64,000 bases of DNA from a virus, in IMG/VR virus record IMGVR_UViG_3300012351_000007, positions 21,699 through 85,698 of that record. One strand, written 5' to 3'. The translations under genes were made by a program, and so were the position numbers. This document shows, one piece after another, positions 36,370 to 47,655 of this stretch. The notes under the pieces were generated by a model. That model saw nothing but the letters and a program-made list of their open reading frames with translations, was not told the origin of the DNA and made no database searches. Position 1 is the first letter of the stretch; every line of letters begins with the position of its first letter.

Positions 36370-39300
36370 TCAAGCGTCGGATCGGTCGCCGTCCCCGGGC
36401 GGGTCGGCTGCCTCGCCGCTCATGCAGGCGGCGGTGGCGTACGGGTGCTCCTCGATGAGCGCCCCGGCCCGGCGGGCGATCTCCACGTGCTCGTCGCAGG
36501 ACGCAAGCCCAACCAGCCCGTAGTGCGCGCTGTCGGTGACGACGTGCCGGGTGGCCGGTTCACCGCAGGCAGGCTGCCCGTGGCGTTGACTGTAGGCGCA
36601 GACCGGCCGGGTTTCGTCGGCCTCGGGGCCGACCGTCGCCGGTAGCCGGCGCTTGGTGCTCACGTCCCCCTCCTCGATCGGCTGAGCGGGCAGCCGGATC
36701 ACCACCTGCGAGTGAGTGGCGTACTCGCTGTCTGGTGCGACATCGAACGTGAAGCCCGACGTGGCGACGGCTTGGCGCTGCTCGCTGACCTCGACGCCAG
36801 GCGCGGACAGGATCGCGTCGGCGACACAGCGCGAGCAGGCCAACATCGGTACGTGGCCACAGGGGTCGATTGCGCGAACCAGCTCGGCGAGCCGGGTGCG
36901 GGCGGCGGCGTGGGCGTCGCTGGTCACCATGACTCCCGGTCGCCGTCATCAGGGGCGGCGGCAAATCGCGTGGGCACGCCGTCTACGTCCTGCCCGCCGG
37001 CCGGCGTGGCGTCGGTGAGCGGGCGGCCACCCCATACCGAGCCAGCACCGATGCCGTACGCCTGCACCCATTCCATCGGCTCTCCGGTGCGGCCACGCAT
37101 GACGATGCGCCACCCGGTGTTGTCCGGTTCCCGGTCGAGCCAGATCGAGTTGTCTCCCGGGTACCGCTCGACGGGACGCAGGCGGCGAACCTCCGGTCCG
37201 GGTTCGTCGGGTAGCGCCCAGGTGCGCGGCACGTCCGGCACGGCCTCGGCCTCCTCGTGGCAACGGCAGATGCAGGCCCGGTCGTCGCAGCCATCCATAC
37301 CATTGAGGCAACAAGGCGACATGTAGCCGCTCATGAATTCGGCGACGTGACGGACTTCCCGTGCAACCGCGTCGGCGGCGATCAGTAGTTCCTGTGGCGT
37401 CCAAGAACACAGGCAGTCGGGCCGGTGGCAGCCGGGCTGGCCTCGCTCGTCGTCTGGCCAGTGCGCCTTCGTCGGGTGAGTGCAGCGCGGGCAGGGCACG
37501 TCGTAGCGGGTCGCGGTGTTGACGGCGACCTTGAACCAGAAGTCGGCCCAGTCCGGTGCGGCGGCCTGCCCGGCGCGGTACGCCGACTCGACAGCGGCGC
37601 GGAAGCCGAGGCGCTTCGACTGCTTCAGGGTGGCGTCGGACAAGAGCGGTCGGTGCGAGAACAGCACCTCGACGTGGGCCTTCGCCGCATCGAGGAACAC
37701 CTGCTCGGGGATCTGGTCACTGCTCATCGCTGGCCTCCGTGACGAGCTGGAGTTCCACGAGTTTGCCTGCGACGGGCTGGTTGCTCGTCGGTTGGCTCGC
37801 GGCCCGGTACCCGGCGGCGTAGCCGTTCCGGCAGCCGCGCCCGTAGTCGCTGTCCTGGTCATCTGGGTCGTCACAGATCTCGGCGAGGTGGTCGATGTCA
37901 CCCATGCCCGTTCCTCTCGTCGGCACCCTGCGGCACGGTGGGGAACCACTCGGCGAGGTAGTCGGCCAGGTGGTGCCGGACCGTGGACGACGGGTACTCG
38001 GGGCGCGGCCCGGTCAGCGCCCGGCGCCAACTGGGGAATGCCTCCTCGTCGCGTAGGGCGTCCAGCACCTCGGCCAGCGGCACCCAGCCGGCGGCGCGCA
38101 TGAACCGCACCACCTCGACCGCCATGCCGGCACAGTCCTCGGTGTCCACCGGATCGACCACGCTCGGGCACCCGAGGTAGCGGAAGTGTTCGTACAGCGC
38201 CAACTCGACGCCGGTCAGCGACTCGTCAGCCATTGTCGCCTGCCTTTGGGCCGGTGTTTGGGGGAAGTGACACAGCGTCGGCAGCCTCAACGTCGGGGGT
38301 ACGTTCGGCCGACTTGGCGTCACTCGGTGTCGCCGACGGCTGCAACCCGGCGTCCAACTGGACGGTGGCCGCATCCAGGATCTCGTCGAGCGCGTCGGCG
38401 TTCTCGGTGTGGCCGGGTCGGTGATACCACAGGTCGCGCAGCCACCTCAACCGGGTCATCACCTCGGCCAACTCCTCCACACGGGCGAGGGCGCGGTTCA
38501 GCGCAGCGCCCGTGCGGGCCAATTCATCGAGGGCGGTCCGGGTTCCGGCACGCGCGGCCTCCACCTCGGCGGCCGGCACGTACCCCAGCCGGGCCGCCAG
38601 CGCGTCGGTGTCGTCGGCCTGCCCGTCGGGGCCACGCTCGGCCAGCCGCTGCTCAGCACCGGCGAGCATCGCCCGGACCTCGGTGCAGTACCGGTGCTCG
38701 GCGACCACCTGGGCGGCCAACTCCGGGGAGAGCATTGATCCGATCGGGATCTCATGTTCGCCGTGCCGCCGGAACAGGTGAACCGGGGGCTCGGTCGGAC
38801 GGAGATGACCGGCAACCCACGGCGCCTCGTCGGGCCGGGGCGCGAACGCATCTGACGTGAACTGTTCTCCGGCGCCCTCGGGTGTGTGCCGGCAGCCTTC
38901 GTCGCCGTACCGGTAGCCGGGGCCACAGTGGCGGCACTGAGCCCGTCCCTCCCGCTTCGGTGCCTCCCGTCCTACCGCCGGGGCGGGTTCGGCTGGCACG
39001 CGAGCGCTCAGGGCGGTCGGTGGGGTGGTGGTTGCGGCGTGATGACCGGCAATCTCGGCCGCGCGCTCGATCAGCAGATATCCGCCGGGCAGCGGTACCG
39101 ACGAGTCCGGTCCAACCGCCAGTTGTGGCCGCGCTCCTGCGATGTCCCAAGCGATCTCTTCGGCGACCTGCCGGCGGTGGGCGGGCAGCACGGCGGCGAG
39201 GACGGCGTCGGCGATGGCAAACTGGTCCTCGCGTCGAGCAAGCTCACCCGGCGGACGAACCCTGCCGTGGCGGATCGCCTCGGCGGCCAGGGTGCGCAGG

Positions 39301-42300
39301 TCCGGGGTGTCGGTCACGTCGCCTCCTGGGGCGGGGACGTGCTTGTGGTCAGGCAGCTTCACCCGTTCGGGGTGGCGCGCCTGCCATTCGGCCATCTCAC
39401 GGAAGGCGAGTTCGACCTGAGCCGCCTGCTCGTCGAGTCCATGCCGGACGCATTCGCGGCGGTAGGCGTCGACGATGCCCGGGGCGAGCACGTCCTGGCC
39501 CTTGAGGACGAACACCGGCTTCGGGTCGCCCGGCTCGCGGACCTCGACGTGCCACAAGTCCTGACAACGGATCGGCTCATTGCCGCCGAGGGTCCTGTCG
39601 ACGATCCGGGGTTCCCCGATCGAGCGGCACGACGGGCAGGAACGGGGCTTCATGCGGCACCACCGGAGCGCTCCTGCAGATTGCGGAGGTACTCGCCCGT
39701 CGCGCGACCGGCGTCGAACGCCCACTGCGCGTGCTCGGTGCGTTCCCGCTCCAAGGTGGCACGCAGCCGCTCGACCTCGGCAACCAGCGCCGGAACGTCG
39801 GCGATGACCTCCCATGGGTCGCTGGACACCCAGTCCACGGCGGCGCTGGACTCGATGTACCGAGCCTTGATCGGCGCCAGGTCCAGCGGTTCGGCCATCA
39901 CTGCGCCTCCTCGGGAACGGCTGGGATCGCACCCAACGCCCGCAGCACCGGCAACACCCGGGCCACGGCAACAGTCCACTTGCCGCCCGGTCCGGTCAGG
40001 GTGTACCCGGACGCGAGGAAACCGTCGAGATGGACCGACCAGACACCCGCCGGGGTGCTCCACGTCCACGTCGCCTGCCCCATGCCGAGCAGCGGCATGG
40101 AGACGTGGGTATGCTCGGGTAGGGCCTCGGCGAGGATGCGCGCGAAGGACCTCGGCTCCGTCTCAGCGGTCTTCTCTTCGGTGCTCATCAGGCCCTCCAT
40201 ACGGTGACCGGGAACGAGTAGTAGTCGTGCTGTGGGGCATCCCAGCGGATCAGCCAGTCCTCCGGGTCGGCGTGGGGAACCTCCCAGTACACCCACGCCC
40301 AACGGCGTTCCAACTCGTCGGCGACAACCACGCCCGGTTTCCGCTGCCCGTCGTAGATGTCCTCGAAGCCGCAGTGGCGGGCGGCCTTGTTGAAGGCGGC
40401 GATCACCCGGCGCGGCTCGTGATGGCCAAGCGCGAGTAGGAACTCCGCGTCGTCACCGACGTAGCACACCTTGACGCTGTAGAAGGTTCCGAAGCCGGGC
40501 AGGTTCTTCGGGTCGCGGTAGTGGCTGCGGGGTAGGTCGAGAGACAGGGTTCCGGTGGTCATGCGGTGCTCCTAGCGAGGGGTCGGGAAGGTAACGGTTC
40601 GGGTAGGGATGTGGAATCGGGAGGTCACGCCGGCACCTCTGCGACATCGAACTCCGTAGCCATGGCCAGCAGCACCGAGCATGGCGCCGAGAGGATGCGT
40701 TCGTACTGGCCCTGCCACTCGCCCGCCCACGACCCGGCCTGAAGCGAGCAGGCGGAACAGGCCACCGTAAACGAGGCGGTGAGGCACTCCACCTCGTCGC
40801 CGTGGTCGCAGCCACCCTCCGCGCAGTCCTCCGAGACCAGCATTTCCGGCTGGTGCGCGCAGATGTAGCCGAGCAGCTGTGCCCAGCGGGGGCTGTCCGC
40901 GTCGTAGTCCTTCTCCTGTCGCCGCTGGTCGAGGATCACGCGGCAGATGCGCAGGAGCAGCGTCGGATCTGCCCCGAGTCGCCGGTAGGCCGTTTCCTCG
41001 GTGGGGGTTGGCGCGAGCGCCGCCAGTTCCTCGTCGGTGCGGTCCTGGTCGAGTGCCACTACCCAGGCGCAGCGGGGACACACCCGATGTGTGGCCAGGT
41101 GCTCGTTGCCGCGCCGGAACTCGCCCCACTTCCGGGCGACGATCACAGCGAGGCCGCACTCTGCGCCGACGTACGGCCAAGGGGAGTCGTCGCCCGCCTG
41201 TCCGGCCGCTCGGACGGCATGGTCGCGGGGAACCGCATGCAGCCCGCCAAGGTCGCGGGCGATGCCGATGACGTAGGGCACGTCGGGGACTGCGGTGACC
41301 GGGAAAGCGCCCGTCAGGTCCCGGGCCTCGGTGGACGGGTCAGACATCGATGCCGCTCCCGTCCACGGGCGCCTCGGCTGCCTCGTCCGTCTCGCCTGCG
41401 CCGGGCTGGACCTCCACCGCAACCTCGGGCAGGCCGTACTCGCGCGCCCAGTCGTACGTCAGTTCGTGCACCGTGTCGCCAGCCTCCCAGGCCAGCCAGA
41501 TCTGCCGGGCGGCGTGATCGGCGGCCTGCGGGTCGGCCTTGGCGAAGGCGCGCAGCACCGACGCCAGTCCCCATTCGGCGACCAGCGCCGCCGAGTTCTG
41601 GAAGTAGATGGCGCGGCCGTCGTCGTCCTCCCGTTTGATGAGTTTCCAGACTTCGGCGCACCGGTGCTGGACTGAGCGGACGAGGCCCCGGGCGATGGCG
41701 TCGGCAGTGGCCTGCGCTTCCGTGTTGGGGTAGGGTGCCGGGCCTTCGCCGGGGACGGCGTCGTCGCGGTCGGGTACCGCAGGCGGGTACTCGGCGGTGC
41801 GGCGGGCTGCGGTGACGGCCTCCTGGTGCTCCGCGACCTGCATCCGGATCGAGTCGACATCGCCGGTCCAGTCGACTGGCGTCGCACCGAGCGCATCGGC
41901 GGTGCGGCGGGCCAGGTCGATGTCGTCGGCGTCCCAGCCCAGCGGGATCGCAAGCCCGCTCGCGGCGTGGGTCAGCGCCCACGAACCGGACAGGCCGCCG
42001 TTGCGCAGCATCGGGGTGACAACCAGCCCCGGGGTTCGGGTCGGCTCGGCAACCACCGCCACCTTGCGCCAGCCGGTGTCCGATGCCTCGTCACGGACGG
42101 CGACCTCACACGTTGCTGGGTAGTCCTGGTCTTCGGTCATCTCGGGTTCCTTTCGGTGAGGGGTTTGTAGGGCAACGACGGAAAGGGGGGTGGAGGTTCA
42201 GGGATCGTCGGGGAGTCCGAGGCGTCTTCGCTCCCGCCGGTCGGCGCGGGCTTGCCACCAGTCCAGGAGGCGGAAGCCGAAGAACGTGTAGGCGATGCCA

Positions 42301-43166
42301 AGGGCGGCGGAAGCGAGGGCGACCGTCATCCAGATCGTGTTAGCCACGCCCGCCACCATTCGCCGCCTCGGCCCAAATACCCCGGCAAAGCACCTCAGCG
42401 AGCGTTGGGCCCTTGATCCCGGCTCCGTCGTCGCTCGGGCCGTCCGGCAGACGCAGGGACTCCAGAAGCGACCACAGGGCGATGTCGTGATCCTCCGGTT
42501 CCAGCCCGGCGGCGACACACGCCAGACGGTGGACGTTGACCCCCTGCGCCAGTTGACGGACCAGGTCGGCGTACCGGTCGGCACGAGACGGGGGAAGGGG
42601 GACGTGAGCGAAAGGATCGGCGAAGGAAATCATGCAGCACTCCGGTCGTAGTCGAAGAGGGTGTTGTGGTCGTCGGCCTGCGGACGGGCGGAACCTTCGG
42701 GGCGGAGGAACGGTGGCGGCCGGATCGTCAACGGTCGCGCCGACCCGGGTCATGCGGCCACGTCCTCGGTGCGAAGGCACTCGCACTCGCGGCACGCCGG
42801 GAGCAGGCCGTACAGGTGGGCCACGGCAACCTCGAACGCCCGCGACGACCGCAGGGTCTCCTCCGCCACCGTCGACACTGGGCGGGTCCACCGGTGCTCC
42901 CCCTCCAACACTCCCAGGGCGCCGCGCACGTCCAGGAACGTCCAGGGATCGGCGTGAAGCTCCGGTGGGTCGGCCGCATTCTCCGGGGCCTTCCCCCGCT
43001 CCCAGCCGACCAGCGGCAGCAACAGGGGCTTCACTGTGGACGCCCAGAACGCGGCGGCGCACCAGTTGCGGTCGTCGGGGCGGATGTTCTCGGCTGCGAT
43101 GGTGACCAGCCGGGCGAGGGCGGTAAGACGCGGCTCCCGGTCGGCGAGGAAGGTGAACGTGGTCAT
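36370..43166 (-). CDS. Array of about 15 mosaic hypothetical early/middle genes
   Basis: Contiguous coupled minus-strand ORFs (e.g. 36924-37727, 40188-40562, 40625-41347, 41340-42140, 42750-43166). Confidence 0.55.
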
Positions 43167-43175
43167 GCGGCGCTC

Positions 43176-44609
43176 CTAAACGATGGCCATGTCAACGAAG
43201 CGGGACAGGTGCAGTTGGGCGGCCACGGTGATCGTGTCGGTCGCCCCGTTGCGGTGCTTCTCCACCAGGAAATCCGCCTCCCCCGCCCGGGGGGATTCCT
43301 TGTCGTAGTAGTCGTCTCGGTGCAGCAGGATCACAATGTCGGCGTCCTGCTCCAACGCTCCCGAACCGCGAAGGTCCGCCAGCGATGGCCGCTTGTCGGC
43401 GCGCTGCTCCGGGCCGCGGTTCAACTGGCAGACGGCCACCATCACCACGTCGAGTTCTTTCGCCAGCAACTTGAGCGACCGGCTGATCTGCCCGGTCTGC
43501 TCCTGGGTCGTCTCCCGGCCGGTGCCCTTCGCTGCGGTCACCAGTTGGAGGTAGTCGACCACCACCAACTTCAGGCCGTGCTGGCGTTTGATCCGCCGGC
43601 AGCGTGCCCGGATGTCAGCCACCGTCAACCCGGGGGCGGTGTCGATCCACAGCGGGGCGTCCTCGGTGTCGCCGGCCATCCGCGCGATGCGGGACCAGTC
43701 CTGATCGTCGAGGTTTCCGGTGCGGACCGAGTCGAGCGGCACCCGGGCGCCGGCCGAGATCAGCCGCCGGGCGATTTCGTCCTGGGCCATCTCCAGGGAG
43801 AACGCCACGGTCGGTTGCCTGCCGCTCCCGCGGAAGCTGAACGCGGTTGCGGCCACGAGGTCGCCGGAGGCTGCCACACTTTTTCCCATGCCAGGTCGTC
43901 CGGCCACCAGCACCAATTGGCTGGTCCGCAGACCGCCACCGAGGAGCCGGTCCAGGTCGGCGAAGCCGGTCGGCAGCACATCCGTCGAGGTCTCCCCATC
44001 GCCGTCGCGCTCGATGGCGTTCAACGTCACCGGCAGGATGTCCCGCCACGCCACCGGCCCGTCCTCGGTTGCGGGGGCGTCGATGTCGGCCAGCAGCGCC
44101 CGCGCCGCGTCCAACGCCGAAGCGGCCTCGTCGTGCGGGCAGCCGGCAGCGATCTGCCGAATCCGGTTCGACGCGGCCAGCAGGTGCCGCAGGATCGCCT
44201 TCCCCGCCACGATCCGGGCGTAGTGGGTGGCCTGCAACGCCACCGGCACCGACTCCGTGAGGGTGTGCAGGTAGGGGCCGCCACCCACCCGCGACAACTC
44301 CCCCCGGTCCGCGAGGAACGATGCCACAGCCACCGGGTCGGTGGGTTGCCGGCGGGACTCCAGGTCCAACACCGCCGTGTAGATCGTCGCGTGGGCCGGG
44401 CGGAAGAAGTCCCCGGGGCGCAGCAGCCGGGCCACATCCACCGACACCGACGGATCCAGCATCAGTGACCCCAGCACCACCTGCTCGGCGCCCTGGTCGT
44501 ACAGCGCCTCCCGCTCAGGGGCCGCGGGCTCGGCGTGCTCGTCGGCGGGTTCGGCGCCGAGGTCCACCCACGCCGGGTGCAGATCCGTGGTCACGTCTGT
44601 GATCGTCAT
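43176..44609 (-). CDS. dnaB: Replicative DNA helicase DnaB
   Basis: AEQVVLGS; GRPGMGKS; FSLEM; VVVDYLQL; QLNRGPEQRADKRPSLADLRGSGALEQDAD; KHRNG. Confidence 0.95.
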   Translation of the reverse strand: MTITDVTTDLHPAWVDLGAEPADEHAEPAAPEREALYDQGAEQVVLGSLMLDPSVSVDVARLLRPGDFFRPAHATIYTAVLDLESRRQPTDPVAVASFLADRGELSRVGGGPYLHTLTESVPVALQATHYARIVAGKAILRHLLAASNRIRQIAAGCPHDEAASALDAARALLADIDAPATEDGPVAWRDILPVTLNAIERDGDGETSTDVLPTGFADLDRLLGGGLRTSQLVLVAGRPGMGKSVAASGDLVAATAFSFRGSGRQPTVAFSLEMAQDEIARRLISAGARVPLDSVRTGNLDDQDWSRIARMAGDTEDAPLWIDTAPGLTVADIRARCRRIKRQHGLKLVVVDYLQLVTAAKGTGRETTQEQTGQISRSLKLLAKELDVVMVAVCQLNRGPEQRADKRPSLADLRGSGALEQDADIVILLHRDDYYDKESPRAGEADFLVEKHRNGATDTITVAAQLHLSRFVDMAIV

Positions 44610-45322
44610 CGGGGTCCCCCCGTCCGGGTCGGCGCATCCGCCTTGCGCCGGTCCGGCCCGACGAGCACCACCACCGCGGCGTCCAGCAGCCGCGACTCCA
44701 CCCGGGCACCCACCGCCACCTCCAACGGAGACGGCCGACCCGGTGCCGGGCGCACCGTCGGCAGGTTCGTCACCACCACCGTTGCCCGCCGCGCCCGCCA
44801 CCGCCGCTGCACCAGCCGGTACAGGGTTTCCTCGGTCCAGTCGGTCGCCCGGGTCGCCGCGAGGTCGTCCAGCACCAGCAGGTCCGCCGAGTCGTACCGC
44901 TCGAACACCGTCAGGTGCGCCTCATCCGGACGGGGCCGGGTTTCCTCGTTCAGGTCCGCGTGGTCGACCATCCAGCACAGGCATCCCCGGCCCTGCTCGG
45001 CCCGGCCCAGTTTGATCGCCCGCAGCACCGCCCACGCCAGGTACGACTTGCCCGACCCGGTGTTCCCCGACACCAGCAGCGTCGGCTTCACCTCCGGGTC
45101 GTCCGCGAGCACCCGCCGCACCCAGTCGGCCGCCACCGGATGCCCCACCTCCGCGTCGCCGTGCTGCGTCCGGCACCAGTGGCCCCGCAGGTACCCCCGT
45201 GCCTGCTCCCGGCGCATCGCCACCAGGTCGAACGTGTCGGGTTCCGGCGGCGGCAAGTCGGCGCCGACGGCGGTCAGCCGTTCGGCGAGGTGGCCCAGAC
45301 CGGCCCGTTGGAGGATGTTCAT
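44606..45322 (-). CDS. DnaC/IstB-like AAA+ helicase loader
   Basis: GNTGSGKS, LLVLDDL, TVVVTN, RVESRL motifs. Confidence 0.88.
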   Translation of the reverse strand: MNILQRAGLGHLAERLTAVGADLPPPEPDTFDLVAMRREQARGYLRGHWCRTQHGDAEVGHPVAADWVRRVLADDPEVKPTLLVSGNTGSGKSYLAWAVLRAIKLGRAEQGRGCLCWMVDHADLNEETRPRPDEAHLTVFERYDSADLLVLDDLAATRATDWTEETLYRLVQRRWRARRATVVVTNLPTVRPAPGRPSPLEVAVGARVESRLLDAAVVVLVGPDRRKADAPTRTGGPR

Positions 45323-46269
45323 TGCAGAGGGGTCCCTTCGCCGTACGCCTCGGGTGGGAAGTTCTGCTGCTGGTAGTTGCTGCCAGCGCCCGGGGTTCCG
45401 CGCCGTTGCGCAAACTGGCTCGGTGGGACGCCGTAGATCGCGTATCGGAGCGAATCGACGGTGACCGCCCGCCCGTCGTCGGCGAGTTTGTTCAGGCCGT
45501 GCGTGATCCGTTCGTCGGTGACGCCGGCGTGGACTGCCTTCTTGACAACCCCAGCGACGGCGTTGAAGTTGGAGAGCTTGACCCGATCGCAGTAGACCCG
45601 GGCGAGACGGTTGATCCGCTGGTTCTCGGTCTCCCCTTCGCTGCCGTCCTCCGCTGCTGGTGCAGCGCGCTTGCGCGCTGGTCTCTTGCTGGAGTTCTTT
45701 GCTGGTAGTTCTTTGCTAGAAGCGTGTCCTTGGGAAGGACTACTGCCACCTGCGCAGTGGTCCTTGGGAAGGACTACTGGTGGTCCTTGGGAAGGACTAC
45801 TGGCGTCGCCCGAGTGGTCCTTGGGAGGTACTAGTCCTTGGGAAGGACTACTCAGCGGTTCTTGGGGAGGACTACTGGACGCCTCTCCTGAACCGGCTTC
45901 TGCGGCTTGGTCCGGCGCCTCGTTGGCGGGGTCGGCCTTGCGATTGCGGTTCGGCCGCGGGGGCTTCCACTCCGGGTCAGCGCCGGGTGCCAGCGCATAG
46001 TTGGTGCGGTCGTACTTCGTCTTCCTCGCCGGCTGAGAGCGCTTGACCCATCCCAGCGACTCAAGCTCACTCAGGTACTTCGCGACCATCGACCGAGAGA
46101 GCCCCGTGGCGGCCTCCAGTGTCGTGAGCGACGGCGAGAACTCGGGGGGTATCACGGCCGTCTCGTTGTCTGCCTTCACGAGCAGCATCAGCACGATCAG
46201 CCGTGATTGCGGCGGCAGCTTCGAGCGCAGCACCGCCTGTTCCACCTCCCACCTCGTCGTCACCGACAT
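45319..46269 (-). CDS. Phage replication initiator (N-terminal wHTH)
   Basis: PSLTTLEAATGLSRSMVAKYLSELESLGWV; internal iterons; upstream of loader and helicase. Confidence 0.85.
   Translation of the reverse strand: MSVTTRWEVEQAVLRSKLPPQSRLIVLMLLVKADNETAVIPPEFSPSLTTLEAATGLSRSMVAKYLSELESLGWVKRSQPARKTKYDRTNYALAPGADPEWKPPRPNRNRKADPANEAPDQAAEAGSGEASSSPPQEPLSSPSQGLVPPKDHSGDASSPSQGPPVVLPKDHCAGGSSPSQGHASSKELPAKNSSKRPARKRAAPAAEDGSEGETENQRINRLARVYCDRVKLSNFNAVAGVVKKAVHAGVTDERITHGLNKLADDGRAVTVDSLRYAIYGVPPSQFAQRRGTPGAGSNYQQQNFPPEAYGEGTPLQ
45726..45876. repeat. Iterons / replication origin
   Basis: GTCCTTGGGAAGGACTACT at 45726, 45760, 45783, 45834 plus degenerate copies at 45817 and 45858. Confidence 0.88.
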
Positions 46270-46284
46270 GGCCCCCCTCGCGTG

Positions 46285-46413
46285 CTAGCGACCTCGCTTC
46301 ATGTGCTTCGCCTGGTAGTGCCGTTCAAACCCGGCCCAGGCGTCGTCCTCGTTGGCCCCGTCCCCGGTTTCTGGGCAGAGCCAGCAGCGCCGGCGGCGGC
46401 GGAGGGAGGTCAT
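46285..46413 (-). CDS. Small C2H2-like protein (42 aa)
   Basis: CWLC...HYQAKH; ATGA coupling. Confidence 0.5.
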   Translation of the reverse strand: MTSLRRRRRCWLCPETGDGANEDDAWAGFERHYQAKHMKRGR

Positions 46414-47207
46414 GCGGCGGCCTCGGCGACAGCGGGCCGGTCAAGCCACAGCACCCAGGTCTGGACGCCGCCGAAGGCGTTGCTCGGAAGCTCTCGCGCC
46501 TCGCCGTATTCGGCGACGAGGGACCGCGTGGCGCTGTGCCGCCGGTCGCTCCGGTGGATGTATCCGGCCGGCACGATGGCGACGAGACGACCACCGGGCG
46601 CGAGTAGCTCCCAAGCGAGGCGAACGTGGTCGATCCAGATGGTGGGCTGGCCGGGTACCGCGAACGGCGGGTTCATGACCACCGCGTCGAACCGCTGGGC
46701 CGTGGCTCCGGCGAAGTTCTCAAGCGTGTCGACGACTAGCGTGATCTCGCCACTTCCGTCGCTGATGCGGGCTGCCCGCTCGGCGTGGGGCTCGACCGCC
46801 CACACCGTCACGTCGGGGTTGGCGTTCCGGATGGCGAACACGAACGCGCCGTCGCCGGCAGAAGGTTCGAGGACCGACGAGCCTTCAGGCAGGTGTGGCA
46901 CTCGGCTGAAGTCGCGGACGATGGCTGCGGCCAGGCCGGCGGGGGTCGGTACGTACCCCTCGGCTGCTCGGGCGGCGAGCGGCGCTACGCCGTCCCCGAG
47001 CGCCGCCGCGAGGGCCGTGCCGGGGTCGCTGGAGAAGACGTGGGTTCCTGTCCTGCGGTCCCACTTCCCGCCGAGGGCTTCCAGCACCTTGTTGACCCGG
47101 ACGTATTCGTCGCGGGCGAGTTGGCCAGGTGGCAGGGTCAGTCGGGCGCCGTCGAGGGTGGATGCGGCGAGAATCTCGCGGGTGCGGTCGTCGATCTGGC
47201 GGCTCAT
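46410..47207 (-). CDS. Amino-(N6-adenine) methyltransferase
   Basis: VLEPSAGDG (motif I) and MNPPF (motif IV). Confidence 0.85.
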   Translation of the reverse strand: MSRQIDDRTREILAASTLDGARLTLPPGQLARDEYVRVNKVLEALGGKWDRRTGTHVFSSDPGTALAAALGDGVAPLAARAAEGYVPTPAGLAAAIVRDFSRVPHLPEGSSVLEPSAGDGAFVFAIRNANPDVTVWAVEPHAERAARISDGSGEITLVVDTLENFAGATAQRFDAVVMNPPFAVPGQPTIWIDHVRLAWELLAPGGRLVAIVPAGYIHRSDRRHSATRSLVAEYGEARELPSNAFGGVQTWVLWLDRPAVAEAAA

Positions 47208-47289
47208 GCGGTGGCCCCGCCGATCTGGTGTTGAGCGCTACGATCGGCACATGCATGTCCTGATATCACGATCCCGAGCGTACGGCACA

Positions 47290-47319
47290 TAGACATCCGG
47301 ACGCAAGTGCCCCTAGAAT
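47290..47319 (+). promoter_or_regulatory. Promoter TAGACA-N18-TAGAAT, leaderless
   Basis: ATG at 47327 lies 7 nt after the -10 box; CGGCACAT repeated nearby. Confidence 0.65.
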
Positions 47320-47326
47320 ACGGGGT

Positions 47327-47650
47327 ATGACAGTAGGGACCTTCGCGTGTGAGACCATCGACCCCGTGGCGAGGCGAGTTGACCCGGAGGCGGAGCGCCT
47401 GGAGGCGCGTCTGGTTGGTGCTCTGCGAGCCCTTCAGGCTGCCGAGCGGGCAGTAGAACGCAAGCGCGGGGACCTGGCTGACGAGATCGCGGACGTATTC
47501 CGGACGGGCAAGTTCAGGGCGGCGACGATTGCGCGGATCGTCGACTACACACCGGAGCACGTGCGTCGGATCCTGCGTGCGCATGGCATCGAAGGCGACG
47601 CCTCGCGGCTGTCGCCAACACAGCGCCAACGTGCCGCTGAGGAATCCTGA
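47327..47650 (+). CDS. HTH DNA-binding protein
   Basis: AATIARIVDYTPEHVRRILRAHGI. Confidence 0.75.
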   Translation: MTVGTFACETIDPVARRVDPEAERLEARLVGALRALQAAERAVERKRGDLADEIADVFRTGKFRAATIARIVDYTPEHVRRILRAHGIEGDASRLSPTQRQRAAEES

Positions 47651-47655
47651 CCGCC

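Noticed and set aside
38226-39971. Single 581-aa gene
   Set aside because: Overlaps better ORFs at its 5' end and contains internal RBS/start sites; it is a chain of small genes
45726-45876. CRISPR array in the replication gene
   Set aside because: Spacing is irregular and short (0-15 bp); position fits iterons
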